Source of the DNA: a virus
Virus record (IMG/VR): IMGVR_UViG_3300023174_007394
Coordinates: 15,642-79,641 of that record
Length of the DNA: 64,000 bases
Reading direction: 5' to 3' (one strand)
Shown piece after piece: positions 10,782 through 20,288 of this stretch; position 1 is the first letter of the stretch, and the number at the start of each line of letters is the position of its first letter. The notes below the pieces were generated by a model. That model searched no databases, was not told the DNA's origin, and was given only the letters and a program-made list of their open reading frames with translations. The translations under genes were made by a program, and so were the position numbers.

Positions 10782-11387
10782 TTATTCGATAAGATAATCT
10801 CCATTTGTACCCTCTAGGAAAATAAAATCCCCATCCTGGCTTGTTAACAATCCAGAAGGAGCGCTAGATCCTTGGTTTTGGGCAGTTCCTTTACCAGCAA
10901 GAATTATTTTCACATCCACATAATATTGTTGTGGATTGTGTAGAACTATTCCCCCCGCAATAAAAAATGGTGATTCTATTTCGCTCCCGTTGGGATATGC
11001 TGTTATACCTGTTCCTGCATTTATTCCTGGCTCTCCTGTCCATATATTTACCTCTCCGACGGGGTAAGTGATATTATCATATATTAAATCAATGTATTTA
11101 GATGAATCTGTCGTGAATAATGCGGGATAAGTTACTTTAACTAGGAAAAAACTCACCTCACCAAATTCATTTCCTAATTGAGAATCGTCCAAAAGAAATG
11201 CACTGCCGGGTCTTAGCCTTAAATTTTGTGTGAAAAAATTATCTATATCCATAGAAAAATCACAAAAACTTATAGAATTTGTTAAAGCAGAATCCTTTGT
11301 TACTCTAAAAGTACATCTGTCAAAGTATCCTTGTTGTATTTGACTATTTGCTAAGTCTTCTTTACATATTACTGGTGGTTTTGCCAT
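10782..11387 (-). CDS. Hypothetical structural protein, paralog of 11387..11947
   Basis: Shared GEVS..KV.Y, KYI and GG.(V/L)..NP motifs; TAATG overlap with the upstream paralog. Confidence 0.7.
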   Translation of the reverse strand: MAKPPVICKEDLANSQIQQGYFDRCTFRVTKDSALTNSISFCDFSMDIDNFFTQNLRLRPGSAFLLDDSQLGNEFGEVSFFLVKVTYPALFTTDSSKYIDLIYDNITYPVGEVNIWTGEPGINAGTGITAYPNGSEIESPFFIAGGIVLHNPQQYYVDVKIILAGKGTAQNQGSSAPSGLLTSQDGDFIFLEGTNGDYLIE

Positions 11388-11947
11388 TAGTTCATAATTA
11401 ATATTTCAAGCTCAACCTCTTTATTAGTGGGATTATAAACTAATATACCGCCAAAGGTTAAATCTGGAGAACTTGGTATAGGATCTAAGGTAGGCGAAAA
11501 AGAGGGAGCAGGTGTTATTCCAGTGAAAGGTTCCAAATCCCATCCATGATATTTTTCATTATCTAGGGTTCTTCCCGTTAGAAATAATAGATTTTTACAT
11601 GGAAATATTTTTCCTTCGTATTCCCATGTGATATATTTTTCAGAATCTATCAGGCTAGAATCATATCTAACTTTCATTATAACAAGAGATACTTCTCCCT
11701 GATCCTGAGCAATATTTCCAGCATGTAAATTATATGTTTGTCCAGCTGCTAGAAATACACTCTTTTTTAAACTCCCGCCTTCTTCAGAAGCAAAATGTGA
11801 AAATGTTGACAGATCTGTTGTGTCTAAAACCTGTGATCCTGATATTATCTTAAGGGAAGATCCCTCAAAAATAATTTTCTTTTGTTTGGTTGGATTACAT
11901 TCTAGGCTTCTAATGTATCTTGAATCTGTTGAGTTTATTGTAGGCAT
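11387..11947 (-). CDS. Hypothetical structural protein, paralog of 10782..11387
   Basis: Same shared motifs; stop/start overlaps at both ends. Confidence 0.7.
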   Translation of the reverse strand: MPTINSTDSRYIRSLECNPTKQKKIIFEGSSLKIISGSQVLDTTDLSTFSHFASEEGGSLKKSVFLAAGQTYNLHAGNIAQDQGEVSLVIMKVRYDSSLIDSEKYITWEYEGKIFPCKNLLFLTGRTLDNEKYHGWDLEPFTGITPAPSFSPTLDPIPSSPDLTFGGILVYNPTNKEVELEILIMN

Positions 11948-13122
11948 TATCTTAGTCTTATTGGATTATTTATTGAAACAACTTCATTAGTTTTTTTCTT
12001 AGCAGGCTCTATAACCTTATATCCACCAAATCCTTCTTGTGAAATACCAGAGGTTCCAAGAGAAAATACAGACTCTGTGTTTATTTTTTCTTCTTTTTTT
12101 ATCTCATCTTCTAAAACAATTTGGTCTATTGCATCCTCTATTTTTATTTCTTCCTGTACTTCTTCCTCTTCAGACTCTATTACATTTTCTTCTTCATTGT
12201 TTTTAGTGTCTACTATTTCATCCTGGATTTCTTCATTAAGGCTTTCTTCTCCAATAGTTTCTTCCTCTACAGTTACCGCCTCGTCAGTAGTCTTCTCTTC
12301 TTCCCTTTCTTCCTTTTTAGTCTTACCAGCTATAGAAAAAGCATAGTTAGCAGCAATAACCAGGGATATTGCTAAGGGGTCAAATACCAGCATTAAAGCA
12401 ATTATAAACCAGTTCACAACTTGATCTAATGTTTTACCAGTTAGCTTAGCAATATATTTTAAAGGACCTATTTCGTTAGCTAGATCGTTATTTGTGGAAA
12501 CGGCTAATATCTGAGTCTCTAATTCTGTAATTTGTCTATTTTTGGATGTAATAGTGTCCTGTATAACTCTTATATCAGCATCTATCTGGGCGCTTTCTTT
12601 TCCTAGACTTCCCATTTGTGTTCTTATAGACGATGAAGACTTATTTTGTGCAATTAAATTATCTGCATTAGTCTGCTGTCTTGCCCTTATATCAGATATG
12701 GTATTTTGCCTTTGATTTTTGTAATCTAACTGTTTTTCTGCTTGATTCAATTGTTTTTGAATCATATCTTTTTGCTTAACTAATACACCTGTGCTTTTAT
12801 CCACATTTTCCACCTTATTCGCGGTCTCCTGATATGCAGAGGATAAAAATCCATAAATACCAGCAGATGTTATCATAATCAGCAAAAGACAAGCTATAAC
12901 CAGATACGTTCTAAGTACCTTATTTACATCTCCCCAAAATCTATATAAAAAAGAAGCAATGACTAATTTAGCAAATTCTAGGCTGGCAGCCATTATCATA
13001 ACATTATTAGAAGCTCCAGCAAACATTCTTCCTATTCCAAAGATTGAATAGAAAGCAGCAGAAAAAGATATGGAGATAGCAGAAAAAGCTACTATCCATG
13101 GAAATATCTTATTTTCTTTCAT
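11947..13122 (-). CDS. Multi-TM membrane protein with long coiled coil and acidic tail
   Basis: Three N-terminal TMs, coiled coil, EIGPLKYIA, then VFDPLAISL TM. Start moved to MKENK (13122), downstream of GATATATA at 13140-13147. Confidence 0.7.
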   Translation of the reverse strand: MKENKIFPWIVAFSAISISFSAAFYSIFGIGRMFAGASNNVMIMAASLEFAKLVIASFLYRFWGDVNKVLRTYLVIACLLLIMITSAGIYGFLSSAYQETANKVENVDKSTGVLVKQKDMIQKQLNQAEKQLDYKNQRQNTISDIRARQQTNADNLIAQNKSSSSIRTQMGSLGKESAQIDADIRVIQDTITSKNRQITELETQILAVSTNNDLANEIGPLKYIAKLTGKTLDQVVNWFIIALMLVFDPLAISLVIAANYAFSIAGKTKKEEREEEKTTDEAVTVEEETIGEESLNEEIQDEIVDTKNNEEENVIESEEEEVQEEIKIEDAIDQIVLEDEIKKEEKINTESVFSLGTSGISQEGFGGYKVIEPAKKKTNEVVSINNPIRLR

Positions 13123-13204
13123 TTTAAAACTTATTTCTTTATATATCCATAAAAAAAGGCCCACTCGATAAAGTAGGCCATTTTTATATATAAGGAAGCA
13201 AAAA

Positions 13205-13690
13205 TTACACAGATGTAATTCCTTGCTGAGCAGCTGCTAAGTCTTTAGTCAGATCCTCGTATTCTTTATTGTCTCTTCTAACATTGGTTAGAGATAAATC
13301 TAGTGACTTATAAACCTTCATAAAATTTTCTGCATTGTTTCTGCCTTTACCTGTGTATTTATTTAAAAAATAGTGGGAAGCTTCAACTTCAAGTGGTGAT
13401 AAAAATACAACGCCACTTTTAATACCTTCTTTAGAGATTGTATTTAATTTATTACCAATCTCTAGTATTCCGAGTGCTTCTTTTCCTTTCCACTCAACAT
13501 CATTAATTATTTCGGATAAAGTTTCTAATTCTTTAGTGTTCATACTTACAGCATAAACCTTTTTATTAAGTTCTTCGTAAAGTTCTTCCACTTTTTTCTT
13601 AAGATCCTCTATCTTTTTCTCGTCTATCACTACCTTAGCAGATTCTAATATTTTTTCTGCTGTTTCTAATTCTTTTACTTCTTCTTGCAT
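13205..13690 (-). CDS. Hypothetical helical protein
   Basis: 161-aa ORF with GAAAC-N17 motif upstream and an imperfect hairpin downstream. Confidence 0.7.
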   Translation of the reverse strand: MQEEVKELETAEKILESAKVVIDEKKIEDLKKKVEELYEELNKKVYAVSMNTKELETLSEIINDVEWKGKEALGILEIGNKLNTISKEGIKSGVVFLSPLEVEASHYFLNKYTGKGRNNAENFMKVYKSLDLSLTNVRRDNKEYEDLTKDLAAAQQGITSV

Positions 13691-13739
13691 ATTTTTGTAT
13701 TATATTTTATTTTTAGATTTAAATGGATTTAAGTTTCGT

Positions 13740-14486
13740 TTATATAGAGTGTATTTTTCTAAATTCCTCTAGAAGTCCTAAAAATTTTCTTAGGTGTGTT
13801 TTAAATTCATCTTTTGTAACTATAAATTTTTGGATCTTAGAATCCTTTTCGTTTGCTATCCATATTTCACCTCTATCTGGGATCACCCCATATCTTTCAG
13901 CATATGCAAACATGTATGCGGATATTTGACATTTATATGATTCTATATCATCTTCATCCTTTGGCGAGCTAGCAGATTTAAAATCTATTATAACGTGAAG
14001 ATCTGAATAATCCTTAAATATAAAGTCTGTAGCTCCTGCCCATCCTCCCCTAAAATCCGTCCATAAAAAAAGCTCATTATGAAGTACCTCTTTTATATCC
14101 TCCCAAAAATTATTGTGATAAAAATTCCAAAATAAATCTCTTCCTTTTTTGATAAGATTTATATTCTTTGGATCTTTAGATTCTTCATCCTTTGCTATAT
14201 TTTGGGCAATTAATAAACTCTTCTCTACAGATCTGGACTGAGCATACTCCAATAAGAAATTTTCAAGCATAGAATGCATAATTGTTCCTCTGTAAGAAGC
14301 ATTATCTAGAATGCTTTGCCATCTCTCCTCACCAAACTTTTCCCTTAAGCTTTTATATTTAGGCTCAGTTAAAAGTTTTAGTACAGTCGTGACGCTTGGT
14401 AATACAAGTTTCTGAACATTTTCTCTAGAGATTTCGTAAGCCCTACCCCATGGATAGCTCTTTCTTTCTATATTAGAATTTTCCAA
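13740..14486 (-). CDS. PD-(D/E)XK exonuclease
   Basis: PSVTTVL, RGTIMH, AGATD, IIDFKS, QISAY; TTG start. Confidence 0.85.
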   Translation of the reverse strand: MENSNIERKSYPWGRAYEISRENVQKLVLPSVTTVLKLLTEPKYKSLREKFGEERWQSILDNASYRGTIMHSMLENFLLEYAQSRSVEKSLLIAQNIAKDEESKDPKNINLIKKGRDLFWNFYHNNFWEDIKEVLHNELFLWTDFRGGWAGATDFIFKDYSDLHVIIDFKSASSPKDEDDIESYKCQISAYMFAYAERYGVIPDRGEIWIANEKDSKIQKFIVTKDEFKTHLRKFLGLLEEFRKIHSI

Positions 14487-14957
14487 TTAAAATTGTGATA
14501 TTATCCAAGCATATGCGTTGGTGAAAAAGTGTGTTCTGGATTGTATGAAATAAATGGATGTCCATATTATAGATCTGGATAAAACCCATCCCCATCCTAA
14601 GCTTCTAAAATAAAAAGAATAGACTAAAAGATATGAAGTAGAATCTGGTATTTCAGTATATTCAGGGGCAATTATTTCATGAAGATTTAATGATGTTAGA
14701 TATTCATTCAATCCTTTGCTCTGATCTATAAGATATGCTGGCCAAACCTCTCTTGGCATATCAGGTGAAAGAGTAACCTCAGGCGGCAAATTCATAACAG
14801 TATAGATTCTTCCTATCCAATCAACTCTAAGATTATTCTTAGCCCATATTGGAGAATTTACACTTTCTCTTTTTACCACTTTTCTGAGATAAAGATAATT
14901 ATTTATATCTTTAATTACTTCGGGAAATTTAAATATTGATGATAGTATCCTTTTCAT
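14487..14957 (-). CDS. Hypothetical protein with C-terminal hydrophobic segment
   Basis: 156-aa ORF tightly packed in the operon. Confidence 0.65.
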   Translation of the reverse strand: MKRILSSIFKFPEVIKDINNYLYLRKVVKRESVNSPIWAKNNLRVDWIGRIYTVMNLPPEVTLSPDMPREVWPAYLIDQSKGLNEYLTSLNLHEIIAPEYTEIPDSTSYLLVYSFYFRSLGWGWVLSRSIIWTSIYFIQSRTHFFTNAYAWIISQF

Positions 14958-14958
14958 A

Positions 14959-15582
14959 TTAATCTATAAAATTTAATTTAATTCCAGGAAACATTTCGCG
15001 AATTTTTATTCTTGCCCTTCTTATTCTTGTAGCAACTGCTCTTTTTTTCATCCCGTGCTTATCAGCTATTTCCTGATATTTTAATTTATTGATTTCACGG
15101 TCAATAAGTATATCTTTATAAATAGAAGGAAGATTTTTCATTTTTTCCAATACATCCTCATATAGATCATCAAATCCACCTCCTTTATTATCTATTTCCC
15201 AATCTGGCTCTGTAAATATTTCCTCCGGTGTAATGTCAGATAAAGGAATAAATTCTTCGTAATCCTTTCCATCAATTTCAATTGATTCATAGATAAGAGG
15301 AGTAAATCTCTTAGATTTCTTTTTAATTAATAGAGATTCATTTCTAGCTATATTATAAGCCCATGTAGAAAAGTTTCCTCTAGATGGGTCATATTGTGAA
15401 ACCTTAACCCATATTTTTTCAAATGTTTTAGATACAGCATCCTCTGCTATTTCTTCCTCTATTAGAATAGATCTACAGTGATTTAGAAGTCCGGGTTTAA
15501 TCCTGTCATAAAGATACTTAAAATCTTTTTCTTGTGATGTTTGTAAAAATGTTTCTGCTAATTCCTGAATTGTTTTTGCCAT
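14959..15582 (-). CDS. Sigma-70 family (ECF-like) sigma factor
   Basis: Region 2: AEDAVSKTFEKIW...FSTWAYNIARN. Region 4: LPSIYKDIL...KYQEIA...TRIRRAR. Confidence 0.85.
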   Translation of the reverse strand: MAKTIQELAETFLQTSQEKDFKYLYDRIKPGLLNHCRSILIEEEIAEDAVSKTFEKIWVKVSQYDPSRGNFSTWAYNIARNESLLIKKKSKRFTPLIYESIEIDGKDYEEFIPLSDITPEEIFTEPDWEIDNKGGGFDDLYEDVLEKMKNLPSIYKDILIDREINKLKYQEIADKHGMKKRAVATRIRRARIKIREMFPGIKLNFID

Positions 15583-15603
15583 TTATTTTGAGGTTTTGAG
15601 GTT

Positions 15604-16077
15604 TCATATTCTTATATAAACTACTTCTATATTTGCAATTCTTAATAGTTCTAAAGATTCTATTTTTCTATAGAATTCAGAAAAAACTATTCTTTTTATT
15701 CCTGATTGTATGATAAGTTTTGCGCAATCATAACAAGGAGATAGCGTCACATACATCGTACCATTTTCCGAAGAAACTGTATTTTTTGCTAGCTTTGTTA
15801 TTGCATTAGCCTCTGCGTGTAATACGTAAGGAAATGTGTTATTGTCGCAATCCTCACAATCATTAGAAAATCCTGTTGGTGTTCCATTGTAACCATCAGA
15901 TATGATAGTTTTGTTTCCAACTATCAAGCATCCAACCTGATTTCTTTTACAATAGGAATTAAAGGACCATTCCTTTGCCATTTTTAAATAGACAAGATCC
16001 AGCTTAAATTGTTTCTGGTCTGGACAATTTTCTAAGGTTCTTTCTAATAAAAAATTTGTTATAGAATTATACTCCAA
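15604..16077 (-). CDS. dCMP deaminase
   Basis: GYNGTP, HAEANAI and SPCYDC zinc motifs. Confidence 0.92.
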   Translation of the reverse strand: MEYNSITNFLLERTLENCPDQKQFKLDLVYLKMAKEWSFNSYCKRNQVGCLIVGNKTIISDGYNGTPTGFSNDCEDCDNNTFPYVLHAEANAITKLAKNTVSSENGTMYVTLSPCYDCAKLIIQSGIKRIVFSEFYRKIESLELLRIANIEVVYIRI

Positions 16078-16300
16078 TTTCTTCCACTTTTGAGCTTAAT
16101 TTACCTAATATTTGATACACTGAAAATGCAGGGAATTTTCCAAGAATAGAAATAACCCTATTTATTTCTTCCTCCGTAAGGATATCATTAGATTTTAAAA
16201 GATCAATAGCTTCTCTTGTTCCATCAAATGGATTTTCTAAAAATCCAATTATTTCATTTGTTAAATCTTCGGAAATTTTGTATTTTTTATCTTCTGACAT
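16067..16300 (-). CDS. Hypothetical protein
   Basis: 77-aa ORF directly behind a TAnnTTTG promoter-like site. Confidence 0.6.
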   Translation of the reverse strand: MSEDKKYKISEDLTNEIIGFLENPFDGTREAIDLLKSNDILTEEEINRVISILGKFPAFSVYQILGKLSSKVEEIGV

Positions 16301-16320
16301 ATTTTTTTCTATATATTACA

Positions 16321-16352
16321 CAAATATAAATAAAAGTTTCGAAAATAAAAAA
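16321..16352 (-). promoter_or_regulatory. Bacteroidota-type promoter candidate (TTTTTATTnnCG-N11-TAnnTTTG)
   Basis: Sense: TTTTTTATTTTCG aaacttttatt TATATTTG. Same layout at 40993-41023 and 44450-44480. Confidence 0.6.
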
Positions 16353-16357
16353 CGTAA

Positions 16358-19300
16358 TTAGTGAAGCTTGAAGGTAGATTCTGTGGTAATAAGTGGTCCT
16401 TGTAATGTCTTTAATATGTCCCTCATAACTTGTAGAAGCTCTTTATTATCTCCTTGATCCTGTTCTTTTATATCACCATCGGAACTTTTTGTTTCATTTG
16501 GGGTATTTCCTTTACTTTCGCCTGATTCGGTAGGTGTTTCTGCTGAGCTAGATGCTTCATTTTTAACAGATTCTTGTACTTTTTCATCCTGAGGGGGTAA
16601 AGCATCAGATTTAGTCTGAACAGAAGGTTCTTCTGTTTTACTTGACATTTTTGGTACATTTGATACCATTTTAGCAGTATTTGAAACCGATGATGCTTCT
16701 TTTACAATGTTTCCAGCAGCCTCTTTTACCGTGCTGGTTGAATTTATTATGCTTGGAATACTTGAAGCTGCTGTATTTTTAATGTTTGATGCAACGTTAG
16801 ATACTATATTTGTTGCGGCATTTGTTGTGCTTCCCCCTAAAATTGAGCTTGCACTCTTATTAAGATTAGATACAATATTTGATGCAGCTCCTGAAGAAAC
16901 CCCAGGAATTCCAATTGATTTTTCTATATTTTCTATTTTATCTTTTACTGGCTGGGCAATCGTATTCAATACACTTCCTATACCGCCTTTTTCTGCAGAT
17001 TTTAATAATCCGCCTTCTTTAGAGAAATCTGCTACTTTGGATATTTGATCTGTTATATTTTTCTGAATTCCTCCTGCTTTAGTAACTTCCCCTATTGAAG
17101 AAGCCATCTTTAATCCACTGCTAATAATATTACCTACAGATTTACCCGATTTCTCTTTAGCCATTTGTTGGCTTTGATCGTTCGGTAATACACTTGTTGA
17201 TGATACCTTAGAAACTACATTCTGATCTTGACCAGAAATTGCCGGACCTTGATTTACACTTTGGGTGTTATTATTTTGTTGATTTTCAGAAGCCTGGGGT
17301 ATTGGGTCTTTAGGTTTTTCTGCCGATTTAGAAATTTTAGATCCTGATTTACTGACCAATACTGCGTCCATTGCTTCATCCTCTGCCCTTTGTTTTCTTG
17401 CAAACTCTTCATCTACCTTTCCAACTGCACTTTCCGCTGTATTATTATTCTGATTTTGAGGAGTCTGTGGTATTGGGTCTTTAGTTTTTTCTACAGATTT
17501 AGAAACACCAGCTCCTGATTCACTCATCATTACAGCATCTAATGCATCCTGTTCCAATTTCTGCTTTCTTGCAAACTCTTCATCTACCTTTCCAACAGAA
17601 CTTTCCTGTGAATTATTTAAAACATTTTGTGAGTTAGCAGTTATTACAGGTGTAGGGGTTTCAGCAATAGTAACAGTAGGACTTACCCCTGATATAGCTT
17701 GTTCCTCTGAGGATGTAGAATTAGTGGATGCAGTACCGGAAACATCAGGGCTTACACCAGATATTGTTTGATCAGTAGCTTTAGAAACCGGTTCTGAAGC
17801 GGGTGTAGCAATATCTGTATTAGATTGTTGATTTGAAGCGGCGGGTTCTTGTATAGAAGCGTTTGGTTCAATAGATGTATTTACAGCAACTGGGTTTTGT
17901 TCTGTAACTATGGCAGTTGGCGTCTCCACATTGGGATTTTTCCCAGCTATTGCTTGTTCTATTGGTTCAGAAGCGGCATCCCCGCTATCTATTTCTTCAT
18001 TTTCGTCTTCATTTTCTTGACCAATCACCCTGGTTGATGGTGTAGTTACTGCAGGATTTATTTCTGCTACCTGTGTTTTGCCTTCAGAATTTGGCTGAGA
18101 GCTTGACTCAATATTTTTATTAACTCCTGTGGATATTTGATCTCTTAAAACTGCAGTTTGATCATTTTCTCTCCCTGTCTGTATAGATTCTGTAGGTGCT
18201 GGATTATCAGGTGCAGCTTGAGTAGGTGCTGAATTAGATGTAGCAGCTTGGGTAGATGCTGGGATAGTTGACTGAGCTACTCCTACAGGATTTTGCTCCT
18301 TTATTGTAGCAGCAGTTGATTGCTCTGTATCTTTTACATCAGGAGCTATGGTAGGAGCTATGGTAGTAGGTACCTGAGCTTGTTCTTTATTAGTGTTAGC
18401 AGTTGTTGGCGGTGTCGGATTTACTCCCGAAATAACTTGTTGCTGTGGAGATTGTGAAGCATTTGAATGTACTTCCCCTGTATTTGTTTTATCTGGTTGA
18501 TTAGTAACAGGTGTGCTTGCCTGTGTTGTTTGTCCTTGTTTTTTTTCTGTAGCTGCTATAGAAGTTGGAGAAGATTCAAGAGTAAAACTATTCTTCTCTT
18601 TATCACCAGATTCTGGAGAACCCCCTAATAATTTTTCAATGCTCTTTTCAAAGTCTGAGGCAAAGCTTCCCATCTCAAACTCTTTAACATCTCCCTCTTT
18701 TAGGGGTTCTTCTCCACCTTTACTTTTTTCTTTATCCACTTTGGTAGCATCTACGCCATCTATAGATTCATCCTTTTGTGATTTTTTTGCATCGGCGGTT
18801 GAAGCATCTTTTACTGCTGATGGCTCACCTAATAATTCACCCAATGCCTTTTCAAAATCTGCAGCAAGACTTCCTTCTGCAAATTCTCTCTTGCCCTTAG
18901 TGGATTTATCTTCATTTATACGATCTCCCTTAGAATCTACATAATAGGATATTTTTCCTTCTGCATCATAAACAGGATATTTAACCTCTGCTTGTGCTGA
19001 GGGTGCTTGTGTAGAAGTAGCAGGTGTTTCTGTTTTTGCCTCAGTTGTTGTAGTTGCAGGTGCTTGTGTAGAAGTGGCAGGTGTTTCTGTTTTTGTCCCA
19101 GCAGCGAGTGCTTGTGTAGGTGTTTCTGCTGGTGCAGATGTATTTTCTTTTATAGGAGCACCCTTAGCATCTACATAATAAGATATTTTACCCTCTGCAT
19201 CATACACAGCATATTTAACATCAGATTTATTCTCTTGGGTTTGTTGAGTATTTTCTGTGGTATTTTGTGTCTGATTAACCTGAGTATTTGTAGAATTATT

Positions 19301-20020
19301 TTTATTCTCTACCTGTGTTTGGTTAGTTGTATTATTAACCTGATTAATCGTTTGTGGTGTAGCCTCTTTTATTTGTGCACTTTCCTCTTTTTTGGCTTCA
19401 TCTTTTTTAGGTGATGCTGTAGGCTTTGCACTAGGAGAGGTGGATGCTAATTGGATAAAAAGCTGTTCACTGTTTTTTAAATGTGTATTATCTGCTTCAT
19501 TCCCTGGCCTATCTATTTTAATTTCTTTTAGATATTTAATCAGGGTTGAAGATAAAATGCTTTCTAATTGTTCTGCTGATAATTTATCTAACTCACTATT
19601 TCCTGTTGATGGCTCTTCCCCGTCTTTAATGTCTGCTAATGCCTCTTTTATAGAACGATAGTCAGATTTGGTCTTGGCTACTAGATCAATATTTGCACCA
19701 GATTCTTTAAATGATTTAGATGAATCCAGATCCATATTATTCAAAGACTCAATAGGAACACTTTTTAAACGTTCCACATATTGTCCTACCCCACTTATTG
19801 TTTGTTCTGCTATTTTTTCTATGCCCTTCTCATCAATATCAGGCTGCTTGAAAAAATTAATCATTCCAAAAGGAGGAAAAATATTACCCCTAGCATTACT
19901 CAATGCAATTTCTAAAGCAGCCTCGGATAACCCCTTAACTACTTCAGATTTTTCTTTTAATTCAGCAATCTTCTGATTGTAAAAATTAACCTTGTCTGTA
20001 TCTGTCTTTAATTCTGCCAA
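16358..20020 (-). CDS. Large low-complexity protein in the tape-measure position
   Basis: 1220 aa, TTG start, directly downstream of the tail chaperone genes; S/T/Q/P/E-rich with internal duplications. Confidence 0.6.
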   Translation of the reverse strand: MAELKTDTDKVNFYNQKIAELKEKSEVVKGLSEAALEIALSNARGNIFPPFGMINFFKQPDIDEKGIEKIAEQTISGVGQYVERLKSVPIESLNNMDLDSSKSFKESGANIDLVAKTKSDYRSIKEALADIKDGEEPSTGNSELDKLSAEQLESILSSTLIKYLKEIKIDRPGNEADNTHLKNSEQLFIQLASTSPSAKPTASPKKDEAKKEESAQIKEATPQTINQVNNTTNQTQVENKNNSTNTQVNQTQNTTENTQQTQENKSDVKYAVYDAEGKISYYVDAKGAPIKENTSAPAETPTQALAAGTKTETPATSTQAPATTTTEAKTETPATSTQAPSAQAEVKYPVYDAEGKISYYVDSKGDRINEDKSTKGKREFAEGSLAADFEKALGELLGEPSAVKDASTADAKKSQKDESIDGVDATKVDKEKSKGGEEPLKEGDVKEFEMGSFASDFEKSIEKLLGGSPESGDKEKNSFTLESSPTSIAATEKKQGQTTQASTPVTNQPDKTNTGEVHSNASQSPQQQVISGVNPTPPTTANTNKEQAQVPTTIAPTIAPDVKDTEQSTAATIKEQNPVGVAQSTIPASTQAATSNSAPTQAAPDNPAPTESIQTGRENDQTAVLRDQISTGVNKNIESSSQPNSEGKTQVAEINPAVTTPSTRVIGQENEDENEEIDSGDAASEPIEQAIAGKNPNVETPTAIVTEQNPVAVNTSIEPNASIQEPAASNQQSNTDIATPASEPVSKATDQTISGVSPDVSGTASTNSTSSEEQAISGVSPTVTIAETPTPVITANSQNVLNNSQESSVGKVDEEFARKQKLEQDALDAVMMSESGAGVSKSVEKTKDPIPQTPQNQNNNTAESAVGKVDEEFARKQRAEDEAMDAVLVSKSGSKISKSAEKPKDPIPQASENQQNNNTQSVNQGPAISGQDQNVVSKVSSTSVLPNDQSQQMAKEKSGKSVGNIISSGLKMASSIGEVTKAGGIQKNITDQISKVADFSKEGGLLKSAEKGGIGSVLNTIAQPVKDKIENIEKSIGIPGVSSGAASNIVSNLNKSASSILGGSTTNAATNIVSNVASNIKNTAASSIPSIINSTSTVKEAAGNIVKEASSVSNTAKMVSNVPKMSSKTEEPSVQTKSDALPPQDEKVQESVKNEASSSAETPTESGESKGNTPNETKSSDGDIKEQDQGDNKELLQVMRDILKTLQGPLITTESTFKLH

Positions 20021-20054
20021 TCTTTGTATTTATATCCCTCTATATATTACTAAA

Positions 20055-20288
20055 CTATTGCTTATCAAAATTGAACAAAGGAACCATACCTTCATTTTCC
20101 TGAGTTATCTTCTTGTTTCTTTCCTCTATTTCTTTATTTATTTTTTCAAGTATTATTTGAAATTCAAAATAAGGAAGTTTTTCTAACTCTGTAAATGAGA
20201 TATTATGGTCCTTTGCAAATCTAATTTTAATATCAAAGTAATTGTCCAAGGATATCTGAAATAATGTAAAGGGATCTGATTCCACCGC
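20055..20288 (-). CDS. Probable frameshifted C-terminal extension of the tail chaperone (gp51-like / GT-type)
   Basis: In the +1 frame, overlapping the end of the upstream gene; no ATG near its start; FTELEKLPYFEFQI motif. Confidence 0.65.
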   Translation of the reverse strand, partial: AVESDPFTLFQISLDNYFDIKIRFAKDHNISFTELEKLPYFEFQIILEKINKEIEERNKKITQENEGMVPLFNFDKQ

